57,662 nucleotides of DNA from positions 1 to 57,662 of the IMG/VR virus record IMGVR_UViG_3300031364_000002; one strand, given 5' to 3'. The position numbers and the translations under genes are program-made. Source of the stretch: a virus (lineage: Duplodnaviria > Caudoviricetes). Shown piece by piece: positions 28,058 through 38,330 of the stretch. The notes beneath the pieces are model-generated. The model searched no databases, had not been told where the DNA came from, and was given only the letters and a program-made list of their open reading frames with translations. Each line of letters starts with the position of its first letter. Positions within the stretch are counted from its first letter, which is position 1.

Positions 28058-29588
28058 TCCCATTACATCAGACCAATATAGACTATTCAGTGTCCCTGTA
28101 TGGAAAAAATTTGGAGTAGGAACAGCTCTTGTTTTGGGAGAGCTTTTTGACCGATATCAGCAACTAAAACAAAACCAAAAATTGGTATACAAAGATGATG
28201 AGTTCTATTTTTTTTACCCAGAAAAAAAATTAGCAGAATTTGTAGGATTCACCCCCCGATCAGTCAGGACATATGTAGCTAATTTGAAAGCTGCAAAAAT
28301 CGTAACAATTCATAAATTGGATGCTTCAACAAAGAATTACTATCAATTCAGTGAAAAAGTACTCAAAGAACTCATGATGGAATACGATGAAAAATATGGA
28401 AAAACATCAAAATCAGAGGAAAAGATTTCCCCTGTAATTTTTAAAGAAATTCCTGAAAAAATAGAGGAAAAGATTTCCCCCATTGAACAAAACCATAGGA
28501 AACCGATTTCCTATCCTATTATAAAAGTAACTAAATTCGTATTAACTAACGTTAATACTAAGGGACTTCTCAGTGAAGTCCCTGATATTGATGAAAAAAT
28601 TTCATCTTGGGAGGATAATCCCTTTCATGAAATTATAGAGTATGCTTTCCAAAGAAATTCCTTTACAAACCAATTACCTACCCAAAGAGGAGAAATTACA
28701 AAAACTCTTCAGAAAGCTTTAATTTATCTCCAGGAAATAAGATCAGGTAAATTTATTTCAAAACATACATGGGACAAAAAATGGTGGTCTTCCCAAAAAA
28801 TAGATGGAGTAGATTTGCATTCTATGGGGATAGACTCCATTAGAAACATAATTGGCCGGGCGGTGGCCAGGTATAGCCGCCTTTTTGAAGAACCTTATTG
28901 GCCAGTAAATAAAAAAACCCTTACACATGATTTCGCCAATTTTTTGTATAACCCCCACACCGGAAAATCCTGGTTTTTATACTGTCTTGCTCACCGGCCA
29001 GAACAGGTACAGGAACGGGTAAAAGAAAAAAATATAGAAAATTTCAAATCTCAGATTGATCTTAGAAATATAAAGTCTGTGGAAGAGTGTCTTGAAAAAT
29101 TTAGAGAGGGGTGGAGTACTGGGGATCTTGAAAATTGGTGGAGATCCCTGAAATATATTCAGAATTGGTATAGAGCCAAAAAGAAATTTTTATCTACAAA
29201 AAATCCAGCAGATAACTGGACCCCCCAATTTGGTAGTGAGGAACTATTTTTTGATCGGGTAAATGAATTTTTTGTGGAGTGGAAAAGCCTTAGCCCTTGT
29301 GCTATAGCTCCAGATGCCGGGGGATGGGAGAGGTTTGAAGAGTGGTGCTGGAAAGAATTTGGGGTAAAGTTTGAGTTTAAAGCTGAAAGAACTCCTGTGA
29401 AAAAAGCAAAAAAGAATGGCCCTACATTTGAGGATTTGACTGAGGAGGAGAAAAAAGAGGTTCAGGAACTGAGAGCAGAAATTGAGTGGGAAATTCTGAG
29501 AGGTAATAGAGCTGGAGATTCCTCCTATGAGGCTACAATTCAATTAGCCATAAAACAGATAATATCTAAACGTCAGAAAAAACTATAA
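28044..29588 (+). CDS. Replication initiator-like protein (N-terminal wHTH)
   Basis: YFFYPEKKLAE..G.T.RSVR..V.NL motif; internal iteron/palindrome cluster; first large gene of the replication module. Confidence 0.65.
   Translation: MKMPNPITSDQYRLFSVPVWKKFGVGTALVLGELFDRYQQLKQNQKLVYKDDEFYFFYPEKKLAEFVGFTPRSVRTYVANLKAAKIVTIHKLDASTKNYYQFSEKVLKELMMEYDEKYGKTSKSEEKISPVIFKEIPEKIEEKISPIEQNHRKPISYPIIKVTKFVLTNVNTKGLLSEVPDIDEKISSWEDNPFHEIIEYAFQRNSFTNQLPTQRGEITKTLQKALIYLQEIRSGKFISKHTWDKKWWSSQKIDGVDLHSMGIDSIRNIIGRAVARYSRLFEEPYWPVNKKTLTHDFANFLYNPHTGKSWFLYCLAHRPEQVQERVKEKNIENFKSQIDLRNIKSVEECLEKFREGWSTGDLENWWRSLKYIQNWYRAKKKFLSTKNPADNWTPQFGSEELFFDRVNEFFVEWKSLSPCAIAPDAGGWERFEEWCWKEFGVKFEFKAERTPVKKAKKNGPTFEDLTEEEKKEVQELRAEIEWEILRGNRAGDSSYEATIQLAIKQIISKRQKKL
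28415..28606. repeat. Iteron/palindrome cluster, candidate replication origin
   Basis: AGAGGAAAAGATTTCCCC at 28415 and 28463; palindromes at 28495-28514, 28539-28558, 28561-28583 and 28590-28606. Confidence 0.6.
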
Positions 29589-29592
29589 TAAT
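29578..29592 (+). promoter_or_regulatory. Repeated AAAAACTATAATAAT promoter motif, copy 1
   Basis: Identical 15-mer at three gene junctions (29578, 34278, 44908). Confidence 0.7.
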
Positions 29593-29606
29593 TAACAGGA
29601 AATACT

Positions 29607-29825
29607 ATGAAATTTATTCCTTTGATTGAAATAAATGAACTTCAAGAAAAACGTCATCATAAATGTGGGCCCCGTTGTTGGTATGCCAAAGGTAAAAAAT
29701 GCAGTTGCTCTTGCGGGGGTAAAAATCATGGAATTTTGAATAGGGAGAATGGAAAAAATGAGAATGGAAAATCAAATGAAAGTAATGGAAATAATAAAAA
29801 TCAATCAGAATCACTATTTGGGTAA
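29607..29825 (+). CDS. Small Cys-rich protein
   Basis: C..RC..A.G..CSCSCGGKNHG motif. Confidence 0.65.
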   Translation: MKFIPLIEINELQEKRHHKCGPRCWYAKGKKCSCSCGGKNHGILNRENGKNENGKSNESNGNNKNQSESLFG

Positions 29826-30297
29826 TGGGAGGTTGACTCATATTTTAATGAAAGAAATGGACTGTTCAACGGGTTGTATATATAATATTTTGAATAGCTT
29901 ATGGTCAAAACATTTAATTGGGAAACCTGGTTTGAATTGGTCAGGAGTGTATTTGACAAGAGATGGAGAAAGGATGTTATCCATTTATTTGAGGCAGTCC
30001 TCTCAGCCACTACTTAGTAAAAATTCTATGATACAACAATTGACTCCCCGTCCTTCCCTTGAAAATTTTATGAAGGTAATAGAATTTAAATTGAGCCTTA
30101 ATGATCATAAAGTTCATTGGAGTAATCTTAATTTTGATGATCTTTTGAGTGGGTTAAAAGAGGAGTTGAAAGAATTGGAAATAGCAATAAATCATCAAGA
30201 TTTCAAAGAAGCTATTTTTGAAGCTGCTGATGTAGGGGCTTGGGCTATGATGATGGCAGATGTATGTTCAGGAAAATTAAAAGAGGAAGAGGAGTGA
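29749..30297 (+). CDS. Hypothetical protein with MazG-like C-terminal helical domain
   Basis: LKEELKEL...EAADV..WAMM pattern; start uncertain. Confidence 0.5.
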   Translation: MEKMRMENQMKVMEIIKINQNHYLGNGRLTHILMKEMDCSTGCIYNILNSLWSKHLIGKPGLNWSGVYLTRDGERMLSIYLRQSSQPLLSKNSMIQQLTPRPSLENFMKVIEFKLSLNDHKVHWSNLNFDDLLSGLKEELKELEIAINHQDFKEAIFEAADVGAWAMMMADVCSGKLKEEEE

Positions 30298-30355
30298 GCT
30301 CCAATTTACTAACTACAAGTTGGAACGGAAGTAATCATGGACGGATATCTTAATT

Positions 30356-31297
30356 ATGAGTTTTGATGCTTATCAATTTTTAAACGATTTTCATATTGAT
30401 TATACAGATTCTGGACCCCATTCCTCCCATGGATGGGTCAATATTAATTGCCCCTATCCAGGGTGTAAAGATGATAATTATCATGGGGGATTCAATCTTC
30501 AGGAAGGATATTATCATTGTTGGAAATGTGGTGGGCACCCTCTTGATAAAATAATTCATTTTTTGTTAGGAGTGAAATATGAGGAAGCGGAAAGAATAAA
30601 ATGGCAGTACACAGGTCGTTTTCTCCAATTAAAAATCCTCAATAAAAAGATAAAATCTGTTTCCTCCATTGAGTTACCTGGAGAGAAATTAGGAAAAAAA
30701 CATAGAGAATATTTGAGATCTAGGGGATTTTCCCCTCAGAAAATTGAGCAGTTGTATCATATATCAGGAACAAATTGGGCATCCGCTGGGTTTAAAAACA
30801 GAATTATAATCCCTGTTTTCTCCCACGGAAAATTAGTCTCTTATCTTGGACGGGACATTACAGGAGAAAACCCCCTTCGTTACAAAGGTTTGTCTCCGGA
30901 GGAAAGCATAATTCACTACAAAAGACTATTATATGGATTTGATGAATGTATTTCTTCGTTGGGTGGATTAGTTGAGGGGCCTTTTGATCAGTGGCGAATG
31001 GGCCCGGGGTTCGTTTGTAGTTTTGGTACAGCTCTAACAGAATATCAAATTAAGTTATTGAGTAGTTTTGATAAACTTTTTATTCTGTTTGACCCTGAAC
31101 CTTTTACTCAAAGGAAAGTAAAAAAATTAGCTTCCAGGTTGGCCTCATTAGGTACCAAAGTTGAGTTAATTCAGTGGGGAAATGATAAAGATCCCGCAGA
31201 ATTTAGTGAAACTGAAGCAAAGGAAATTAGAAATGATTTAGGATTTACGAGAGTATACAAGCCCTTACAAATTTCAGGTTTGAGGGGAAAAAGATGA
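30356..31297 (+). CDS. DNA primase (zinc finger + TOPRIM)
   Basis: CP..C...HCWKCG; RIIIP; VEGPFD; FDPE; KDP motifs. Confidence 0.9.
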   Translation: MSFDAYQFLNDFHIDYTDSGPHSSHGWVNINCPYPGCKDDNYHGGFNLQEGYYHCWKCGGHPLDKIIHFLLGVKYEEAERIKWQYTGRFLQLKILNKKIKSVSSIELPGEKLGKKHREYLRSRGFSPQKIEQLYHISGTNWASAGFKNRIIIPVFSHGKLVSYLGRDITGENPLRYKGLSPEESIIHYKRLLYGFDECISSLGGLVEGPFDQWRMGPGFVCSFGTALTEYQIKLLSSFDKLFILFDPEPFTQRKVKKLASRLASLGTKVELIQWGNDKDPAEFSETEAKEIRNDLGFTRVYKPLQISGLRGKR

Positions 31298-32916
31298 GTT
31301 ATTATACTCCAGTTGTGAAAACAGTCTCTTTACAGGCAGAAACTACAGAATTAATAATCCAGTGGAAATGTATGGACTCAAAAATATTTTTTAAAATTAA
31401 GAGCCAGGTTGAGTCAGTTCCGGGAGTGTACTGGGATGGTAGCAAAAATTGGTATGCCCCAGATACAATTCAAAACAGAGAACTACTTAAACGATTTGGC
31501 TTTCTGCTCCCTGTTGGTTATAACAAAAATTGGGTGCCCCCTTGGAAAGGAAAAATCATTCCAAAGGAAATTTCTGAACCTCTTAGAACATATCAAGTTG
31601 AGGGGGTTCAGTTTATTGATTACTTACAAGGAAAAGGGTTACTGGCTGATGACATGGGTCTGGGAAAAACTGTCCAGTCCTTGTCCTATCTCCGATTACA
31701 TCCAGAATTTAGCAGAGTGCTAATTATTACTGAAGCCTCACTAAAACTCCAATGGAGGGAAGAGGTGAAAAAATGGGGGGAAAGAACACCTATTATTTTG
31801 TTCGGAAAAACCCCTTATGAATTACCAGAGGGAATTTTTATCATAAATTGGGATGTTATCCACGATTGGGAGTTAGAGTTAATACAAAATCCTTGGGATT
31901 TTATAATTGGAGATGAAATACAAGCTATTGGAAATATGAAATCTCTTAGGAGCCGGACATTTATGAAATTAGCCCGGAGAAATTCCAGGGTTTTGGGGAT
32001 GTCAGGTACTCCCTTTAATAGTAAAACAGTAAGGTTTTATCCAATTTTGTCCATTTTGGATCACAGGCATTTTTATAGTTCCTGGAATTTTAAGCAGCGA
32101 TATTGTGATCCAAAATATACCCCTTTTGGATTGACTTTTGACGGAGCTTCTAACACAGAAGAATTAAGAGCTCTCATTCAACCAATTATGTTGAGACGCA
32201 CAAAAAAAGAGGTAGCAAAGGATCTTCCAAGAAAGATTAGAATTGCACTACCTTTAGAAATTAAGGATATTGAAAAATACAAAGAGGCGGAGAAAGCTGT
32301 TTTTGGATCTATATCAGATTTTTCAGATAATATTCGGGATAAAGAATTGGCTGATCTTCAATATTCAGCTTTTCAGTACAAAAAAGATGTGATGATTAAA
32401 TGGATCCAAGAATTTTTGGACAAAGATCAAAAGCTGATCTGCTTTGCATTTCATCGGAAAGTAGTGGAGTATGTTCATGAGAAATTTAAAAAAAATTCAG
32501 TGATGATTTATGGAGGTATATCCACGGGAGAGAGGCAAAAAAGAATAGATAAATTTATGAATTCTTCCTCCACAAATTTATTGATAGGTAATTTTCGCTC
32601 GGCTGGAATAGGTCTAAATTTGACAGCAGCTACCGCCGTTTGCTTTTTGGAGTTGAGTAGCCAACCTGAAATACATATGCAATGTGAAGACAGAATTTGC
32701 CGGATTGGTAGCACTTTTGATCGAGTGTTTGCTTACTATCCTTTTGTAGCTGGAACCATAGAGGAAGAGTGGGTAAAAGTGTTGGATAACAGAATGAAAA
32801 ACTATAATAGAATTATGGAGGGCCGGGAAACTCGTCGGTCTGAAATGATAAGAGAAATAATTAAGCATGCACGGAGAAAACATGAAGCTCACCTCAAAGA
32901 AAATTTATCTGAATGA
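31294..32916 (+). CDS. SNF2-family helicase
   Basis: LLADDMGLGKT, DEIQ, SGTP, LRRTKKEV..DLP, QCEDRICRIG. Confidence 0.93.
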   Translation: MSYYTPVVKTVSLQAETTELIIQWKCMDSKIFFKIKSQVESVPGVYWDGSKNWYAPDTIQNRELLKRFGFLLPVGYNKNWVPPWKGKIIPKEISEPLRTYQVEGVQFIDYLQGKGLLADDMGLGKTVQSLSYLRLHPEFSRVLIITEASLKLQWREEVKKWGERTPIILFGKTPYELPEGIFIINWDVIHDWELELIQNPWDFIIGDEIQAIGNMKSLRSRTFMKLARRNSRVLGMSGTPFNSKTVRFYPILSILDHRHFYSSWNFKQRYCDPKYTPFGLTFDGASNTEELRALIQPIMLRRTKKEVAKDLPRKIRIALPLEIKDIEKYKEAEKAVFGSISDFSDNIRDKELADLQYSAFQYKKDVMIKWIQEFLDKDQKLICFAFHRKVVEYVHEKFKKNSVMIYGGISTGERQKRIDKFMNSSSTNLLIGNFRSAGIGLNLTAATAVCFLELSSQPEIHMQCEDRICRIGSTFDRVFAYYPFVAGTIEEEWVKVLDNRMKNYNRIMEGRETRRSEMIREIIKHARRKHEAHLKENLSE

Positions 32917-34279
32917 AGAATTACAGGTCTTGACCTGGTGTATAGTCAGTACAGAATTACTCCAACAGATTCATCTTGTAGGCAATCCAGAATTATTTGA
33001 GTCCACATATTCTCAGTTGGTAGCAGGGTGGGTGTGGAATTATTTCAAAATAGCAAAAGAATCCCCAGGAAGAGAAGTCCAAAAAATTTATTTGCGGGAG
33101 AGGAAAAACATAAAAGATGAGGAAGATTTGGAACTTATTGGGGAATTTCTTACCAATCTTTCAAAAACCTGGGAAAAAACATCTGTTTTTAATTTACCTT
33201 TTGCTACGTCTCAATCTATTGAATATTTTAAAAAACGGTCACTTCAGCGATTAAGTGAAAAATTAGAGGTAGCGCTTGAGTCGGGAGATGTGAGATATGC
33301 AGAATCTCTTGTTGGAGGGTTTAAGCGGGTTGAACGTCCCTCCGGGGAAGCCGTTCAGATATTGAGAGACTCAACAAAAGTGATAGAGGCTTTTACCCTG
33401 ACTGATGAAATTATGTTTAGTTTTCCTGGGGATCTTGGAAAAACCGTGGGGCCTATCGTACGTGGAGATTTTGTAGCAGTTCTTGGGGCTATGGGCCGTG
33501 GAAAATCCTGGTGGTTGCTTTATTTTGCAGTTCAGGCCTCTATCATGGGATTTAAAAGCATATTTTATTCATTGGAAATGACGGAACCACAGGTGGTTAG
33601 ACGGGCCTGGCAGATGATTCAGGGGGTAGGGAGATATGAAAATACTGTAAATTATCCTCATTTTGTGGAAGGGGAAGAAGAAGGAAAGTGGGAGATAGAG
33701 CATGAAGAGAAAAAAATTAATTCTATTGATGTAAATTCTGTTGAGGGAATAATGAAAAAAATGAGGCTTAGTTTGAGAGGAGCAGATTTGCGAATTGAAA
33801 CAATGCCTTCTATGACTGCTTCTCTTGCTGATATTGAAAATTCTTTAACAAATTTGGAAGTGTATGAAAATTTTGTACCGGATATTATTGTAATAGATTA
33901 TGCAGATATTATTGTCCCGGAACGGTATAACCGGGAAAATCGACAAGAGATAGATTTAATATGGAAAACGCTTCGGGGGTGGGCTCAAAAAAGAAATTGT
34001 TCTGTCATCACTGGAAGTCAAACTAACAGGGAAGCTCTCGATAGAGATGCCAAAGGGAAAAATATTGCAGAGGACATACGAAAATTAGGGCATGTTAGTA
34101 AAATGATAGCCTTGAATCAAACAGAAAAAGAGTATGAGGCAAATATCATGAGAGTAAGCTCTTTGAAAGAGCGGGATAAACGCCGGTGGATATCTCAAGC
34201 CTGTGTTTTACAGTGTTTAGATATTGGACGCCCTTATTTAGATAGTCGAATGGTAGGGGATGTGGAATATGAACGTTAA
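32867..34279 (+). CDS. dnaB: Replicative helicase, DnaB-like
   Basis: GAMGRGKS, SLEM, IVIDYAD, TGSQTNR motifs. Confidence 0.9.
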   Translation: MHGENMKLTSKKIYLNEELQVLTWCIVSTELLQQIHLVGNPELFESTYSQLVAGWVWNYFKIAKESPGREVQKIYLRERKNIKDEEDLELIGEFLTNLSKTWEKTSVFNLPFATSQSIEYFKKRSLQRLSEKLEVALESGDVRYAESLVGGFKRVERPSGEAVQILRDSTKVIEAFTLTDEIMFSFPGDLGKTVGPIVRGDFVAVLGAMGRGKSWWLLYFAVQASIMGFKSIFYSLEMTEPQVVRRAWQMIQGVGRYENTVNYPHFVEGEEEGKWEIEHEEKKINSIDVNSVEGIMKKMRLSLRGADLRIETMPSMTASLADIENSLTNLEVYENFVPDIIVIDYADIIVPERYNRENRQEIDLIWKTLRGWAQKRNCSVITGSQTNREALDRDAKGKNIAEDIRKLGHVSKMIALNQTEKEYEANIMRVSSLKERDKRRWISQACVLQCLDIGRPYLDSRMVGDVEYER

Positions 34280-34292
34280 AAACTATAATAAT
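34278..34292 (+). promoter_or_regulatory. Repeated AAAAACTATAATAAT promoter motif, copy 2
   Basis: Heads the putative modification operon. Confidence 0.7.
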
Positions 34293-34305
34293 AATAGAGG
34301 GTAAA

Positions 34306-35127
34306 ATGATAACAATTTCAGGCACTCCTTGGGAAAAACACGATGGGATTTGGGTAAAAAGAGAGGATTTGTGCAGCCCTTATCCTGGGCCCTCATTTTC
34401 CAAAATTAGAGGGGTAGAGCAACATATAATAAAATTGATGAATTCCTCATTTCCTCCCACCTCTATTGGAGTTGTGGATTCTCGACACAGTAAGGCTGGG
34501 TGGGGAGTTAGCTATATTTGTCAACTTATGAAAATTCCGGTTACTGTATTTTACCCTATCCTGAAAGGGGAAACAGAATTAAGACCATTTCAAAAAATGT
34601 GTGATAAATTAGATGCTGGATTGGTAGGGTTACCAGCTACTAAAAGTGCAGTGTTGTTTTATCAGGCTCGCAAACTATTTCAAAATTGGGATTCTTATGG
34701 GTATCTAATGCCAAATGGATTGAAATTAAGAGAATCTGTTTTAAGTACTGAAAAAGAATTGTTAAATTACACTCCAGAAAATTTATTGAGAGGAACCTGG
34801 ATTATTTCAATATCCTCCGGGACAATTGCTGCAGGAGTGCTTTCTGGGTTGACAAAATTTAAATTTAAGGGTAAAATTTATCTCCATATGGGTTATAGTC
34901 GTAGCAAAAAAGCTGTTAAGAATTATTTAAATTCTATTGGGCATAATCTACAATGTGAAGATTTAGATTTAGAGCTTATTGATGAGGGATATAATTACAA
35001 GGATCGGGTAGATAATAAATGTCCTTTTGCATGCAATCCTTATTATGATCTTAAGGCATGGAAATGGGTTACAAAATATAGAAATAAATTTGAGTCCCCA
35101 ATAGTATTTTGGAATATAGGTAGTTGA
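34306..35127 (+). CDS. PLP-dependent fold-type-II enzyme (ACC deaminase / D-cysteine desulfhydrase-like)
   Basis: VKREDL...SKIRG (Schiff-base Lys), SSGTIAAG, NPYYDLKAW, VFWNIG. Confidence 0.82.
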   Translation: MITISGTPWEKHDGIWVKREDLCSPYPGPSFSKIRGVEQHIIKLMNSSFPPTSIGVVDSRHSKAGWGVSYICQLMKIPVTVFYPILKGETELRPFQKMCDKLDAGLVGLPATKSAVLFYQARKLFQNWDSYGYLMPNGLKLRESVLSTEKELLNYTPENLLRGTWIISISSGTIAAGVLSGLTKFKFKGKIYLHMGYSRSKKAVKNYLNSIGHNLQCEDLDLELIDEGYNYKDRVDNKCPFACNPYYDLKAWKWVTKYRNKFESPIVFWNIGS

Positions 35128-35128
35128 A

Positions 35129-36184
35129 ATGAAAAGATTGAAAACAGGATTGAGTATTAGGGGAGATAGTTATTATTGTCCACTTTCTTTTCAACTTGAT
35201 ACCTACTGGAATTGTACCAATAAGTGTGAGCACTGTTATTTACGTCGTTTGAATAGAACCTGGGGGGAGGATTTACGACCTTTAGATTTAAAAGAATTCC
35301 ACAAAAAAATTGTTAATGGAATGAAAAACTCTAATCCAAAAACCTCATTGGGATGGGCTATTAAACAAAAGAAAACAATCCGGTTAGGAAACAAAACTGA
35401 TCCTTATCAACCAGCAGAAGAGGAATTTGAGGTTACAAAACAAGTTATAAAATTGTTATTACACTACAACTTTTCTTTTGTAATCCAGACAAAATTTACA
35501 GAGCTTGTTAATCGGGATTTAGAGATATTGAAAAAAAAGCCAGATTGGGTATCTGTTATGCCTATAATCACTCCAGGATTAGAAAGGGATTGGGAGTTAT
35601 TCGAGCATGGAACCACAACTAATCCTATAGAGCGTTTAAAACACTGTCAAACCTATATGAAAAACAATATAAACGTGGGGGTAAACGGAGAGCCTTTTAT
35701 TCCCGGTTATCATACAATTCAAAATTTTAGAGATACTATGAAAGTGTTGAAACAATATAACATAAAAAGTTATAATACTTACCATCTACATTTTAATGAT
35801 CTTGTAGCTAAAAACTTCCTAAGAATTGGGTTGGATATTGAAAAAATCTGGTATATGAATCAGGACATTCAATGGAAAGCAATTTTGAGGAAATTGATAA
35901 ATATCGCTGCTGAATATGATATAATATTGGGTTGTCCAGACTTTGTAAATTCTGGAGGTTATCAAGAAACTGTGAATACGTGTTGTGGTTTATCAGTCCC
36001 GAACCCTTGTACTTTCAATGTAATTCAATGGAAGAAATTATTTATAGCGGGGAAGACTTCAAAGGAGATTGTGGAGAAAACCTATGACCACATTGGTAGT
36101 AAAGAAGATGCCTTGGGTATAATAGAGGGGACTACTAAGAATTTCTATACATTGAAAGACATAGATCTAAAGGAAAAGATATGA
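35129..36184 (+). CDS. Radical SAM enzyme, spore-photoproduct-lyase-like
   Basis: CTNKCEHCY (CX3CX2C), TDPYQPAE, IQTK; extra TCCG near the C-terminus. Confidence 0.88.
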   Translation: MKRLKTGLSIRGDSYYCPLSFQLDTYWNCTNKCEHCYLRRLNRTWGEDLRPLDLKEFHKKIVNGMKNSNPKTSLGWAIKQKKTIRLGNKTDPYQPAEEEFEVTKQVIKLLLHYNFSFVIQTKFTELVNRDLEILKKKPDWVSVMPIITPGLERDWELFEHGTTTNPIERLKHCQTYMKNNINVGVNGEPFIPGYHTIQNFRDTMKVLKQYNIKSYNTYHLHFNDLVAKNFLRIGLDIEKIWYMNQDIQWKAILRKLINIAAEYDIILGCPDFVNSGGYQETVNTCCGLSVPNPCTFNVIQWKKLFIAGKTSKEIVEKTYDHIGSKEDALGIIEGTTKNFYTLKDIDLKEKI

Positions 36185-36918
36185 ATAATTTATTAAAAAT
36201 TACTTATGATAATGATTTAGTTTTGAATATTCCAAAATTGGAAAATTTAAATCAACAAATATCAGCTAACATAGGTCAAGTGTTTTTTATCAAATCTCAT
36301 AATTCTGATATCAGAAAAGAAATGGGGGCTCTAAAAGCAATGAGTATTTACCTGAAAAATAATGGATTTTCATTAAAAGAAAAAACATTTATGGATGTTA
36401 TGGCTGGTTGCGGATTTTCTGGTAGAATATTTAACAAATATCTTTTTCCTGAAAAAATAATACTCAATGATTTAGATTCAACTTGTGTTTCTATTTTGAG
36501 AGAAAATTATACTGACAAAGAAATCACTAACCAGAATATTTTTGATATAGATTTTCAGGGCATAATTCCATTTATAGATTTCAATAATTTTACAATTAAA
36601 AAAAGTTTATTCTGGGAATCTGTATTTGCCCACATTAAAACAGATTGGGCTTTGTATACAGATAGTGCCTGTTATGGATTTGGAATGGGTAATTTGAAAA
36701 GTTATGGAGTTGAAACAGAAATAGAATATTATGAAAAATGTGTCAATCCATTTATATCCAAATATGGATTTTACGTACAAGCTATTTGTAATTTTGGTCA
36801 TGCTTCTGTGATATTGATTACAAAAACAAAATTAAGTAAAATTGATATAATACCTACATTAAACATAACCTGGAAAACAGAAGAAATTAAAACATCTATA
36901 TTTTGGGAATTATTGTAA
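36181..36918 (+). CDS. Atypical class I SAM-binding (methyltransferase-fold) protein
   Basis: FMDVMAGCG motif I and ILNDLD; FIDFNNF where DPPY would be expected. Confidence 0.6.
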   Translation: MNNLLKITYDNDLVLNIPKLENLNQQISANIGQVFFIKSHNSDIRKEMGALKAMSIYLKNNGFSLKEKTFMDVMAGCGFSGRIFNKYLFPEKIILNDLDSTCVSILRENYTDKEITNQNIFDIDFQGIIPFIDFNNFTIKKSLFWESVFAHIKTDWALYTDSACYGFGMGNLKSYGVETEIEYYEKCVNPFISKYGFYVQAICNFGHASVILITKTKLSKIDIIPTLNITWKTEEIKTSIFWELL

Positions 36919-38330
36919 GGAGGTCAGATTTGGATTATTGGGATTATAGAAAAGAAGCAAGTAAATTAATTCCCCGTTTGGCTTTGTTGCCTAGCAAGGA
37001 TCACTACCATCAAAAAGAAAAAGGAAGAAAGAGTAACTATAAGCAATTTGATATTCACCAAAAAAAGCTGGTTAAAATAGAAAGATTGCTAGATACAGAA
37101 AATATCAATAGTTTTTTAGAGGTATCTTTAAGAGCACAAAGTTGCCCAATGCCTCTCAATGCAGATGTTTGGGACGGATTGAGATGTCCTTTTGCATGCA
37201 AATATTGTTATGCAGATTATTTCAAACATTCTTTGTACACTTCCTTTTTTGATAATGGAAAAGAAATTGGAGTTCGACATTGTAAATCTGAAGTATGGAA
37301 GGGACAACTTGATGGGTTATTTCCTCACCGGGGAGAGCCTACTTCTGGTGAAAATTCAGTATTAAATGCAATAAGAATTGGCATCCCAATACGATTAGGA
37401 ATTAGATATGAAGATTTCATTCCATCCGAAAAAAAGTATGGAATTTCTCTAGAATTGTTAAAATATTTAGCAAAAGCATCCTATCCCACCATGATAAATA
37501 CTAAAAGTGCACTTGTAGGAGAGTCAGAATATGTAGATGCTCTATCCTCAAATCCGGCAGGGGCTGCTGTTCATATAACTATGATTTCTTCAGATGAAGA
37601 ATTAATTCACGCTATAGAACCAGGGGCTCCATCTTTTAAGGATAGGTTAATAGCAGCAAAAAATTTAATTCAAGCGGGAGTTCGGGTAGTAGCTCGAATT
37701 GAGCCCTGGATGTTATTTATCAATGATGAAAAGAGCAGAGTGCAGGAATATATTGGATTGATCAAGAGTGCAGGAATTCAACACTTAACTTTTGATTCAT
37801 ATTCTTATTCAGCTTATTCCAAAGGACTAGCTGAAAATTTTAAGCAGATAGGATTCGATTTTGAAAGGATGTTTTTGCTTAGTGCAGATAGTCAGTGGCT
37901 TTCCTCTTTTCTGCTCGGAAAATTTATGAAAGAATTTCAAAAAGAAGGATTGAATTGTAGTACTTTTGATCAGGGAAATGTACCTGTCAACAATGACTGG
38001 ATTTGTTGTTCCGTTGGGGATTATTTTAAAACAGGATTTAATTGGGGGTCTGGAGTAATTGCTATAAAGTTCATACAGTCCAGAAATGGGTTACCAACCA
38101 GGTGGAGTGATTTTGAAGAATTTGTTGTAAAAAAGGGAGGGTGGTTATCCTCCTCATTAAAAAAAGAAGTACAAATGCTTTGGAATGGGCAAGGAAATGC
38201 TGCCTGGCCTATATATTGGGGGCAAGGAATCGTTCCGGCTGGTCAGGATGAAAATGGAATAGTTTGGAAGTTTAACAAACAAGATGATTTTAGAAGTGAA
38301 TATTGGAGGTTTTTAACTTATGACAATTGA
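36903..38330 (+). CDS. Second radical SAM enzyme, SPL-like
   Basis: CPFACKYCY (CX3CX2C), INTKS, IEPGAPS...R, ARIEP; extra ICCS. Confidence 0.88.
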   Translation: MGIIVRRSDLDYWDYRKEASKLIPRLALLPSKDHYHQKEKGRKSNYKQFDIHQKKLVKIERLLDTENINSFLEVSLRAQSCPMPLNADVWDGLRCPFACKYCYADYFKHSLYTSFFDNGKEIGVRHCKSEVWKGQLDGLFPHRGEPTSGENSVLNAIRIGIPIRLGIRYEDFIPSEKKYGISLELLKYLAKASYPTMINTKSALVGESEYVDALSSNPAGAAVHITMISSDEELIHAIEPGAPSFKDRLIAAKNLIQAGVRVVARIEPWMLFINDEKSRVQEYIGLIKSAGIQHLTFDSYSYSAYSKGLAENFKQIGFDFERMFLLSADSQWLSSFLLGKFMKEFQKEGLNCSTFDQGNVPVNNDWICCSVGDYFKTGFNWGSGVIAIKFIQSRNGLPTRWSDFEEFVVKKGGWLSSSLKKEVQMLWNGQGNAAWPIYWGQGIVPAGQDENGIVWKFNKQDDFRSEYWRFLTYDN

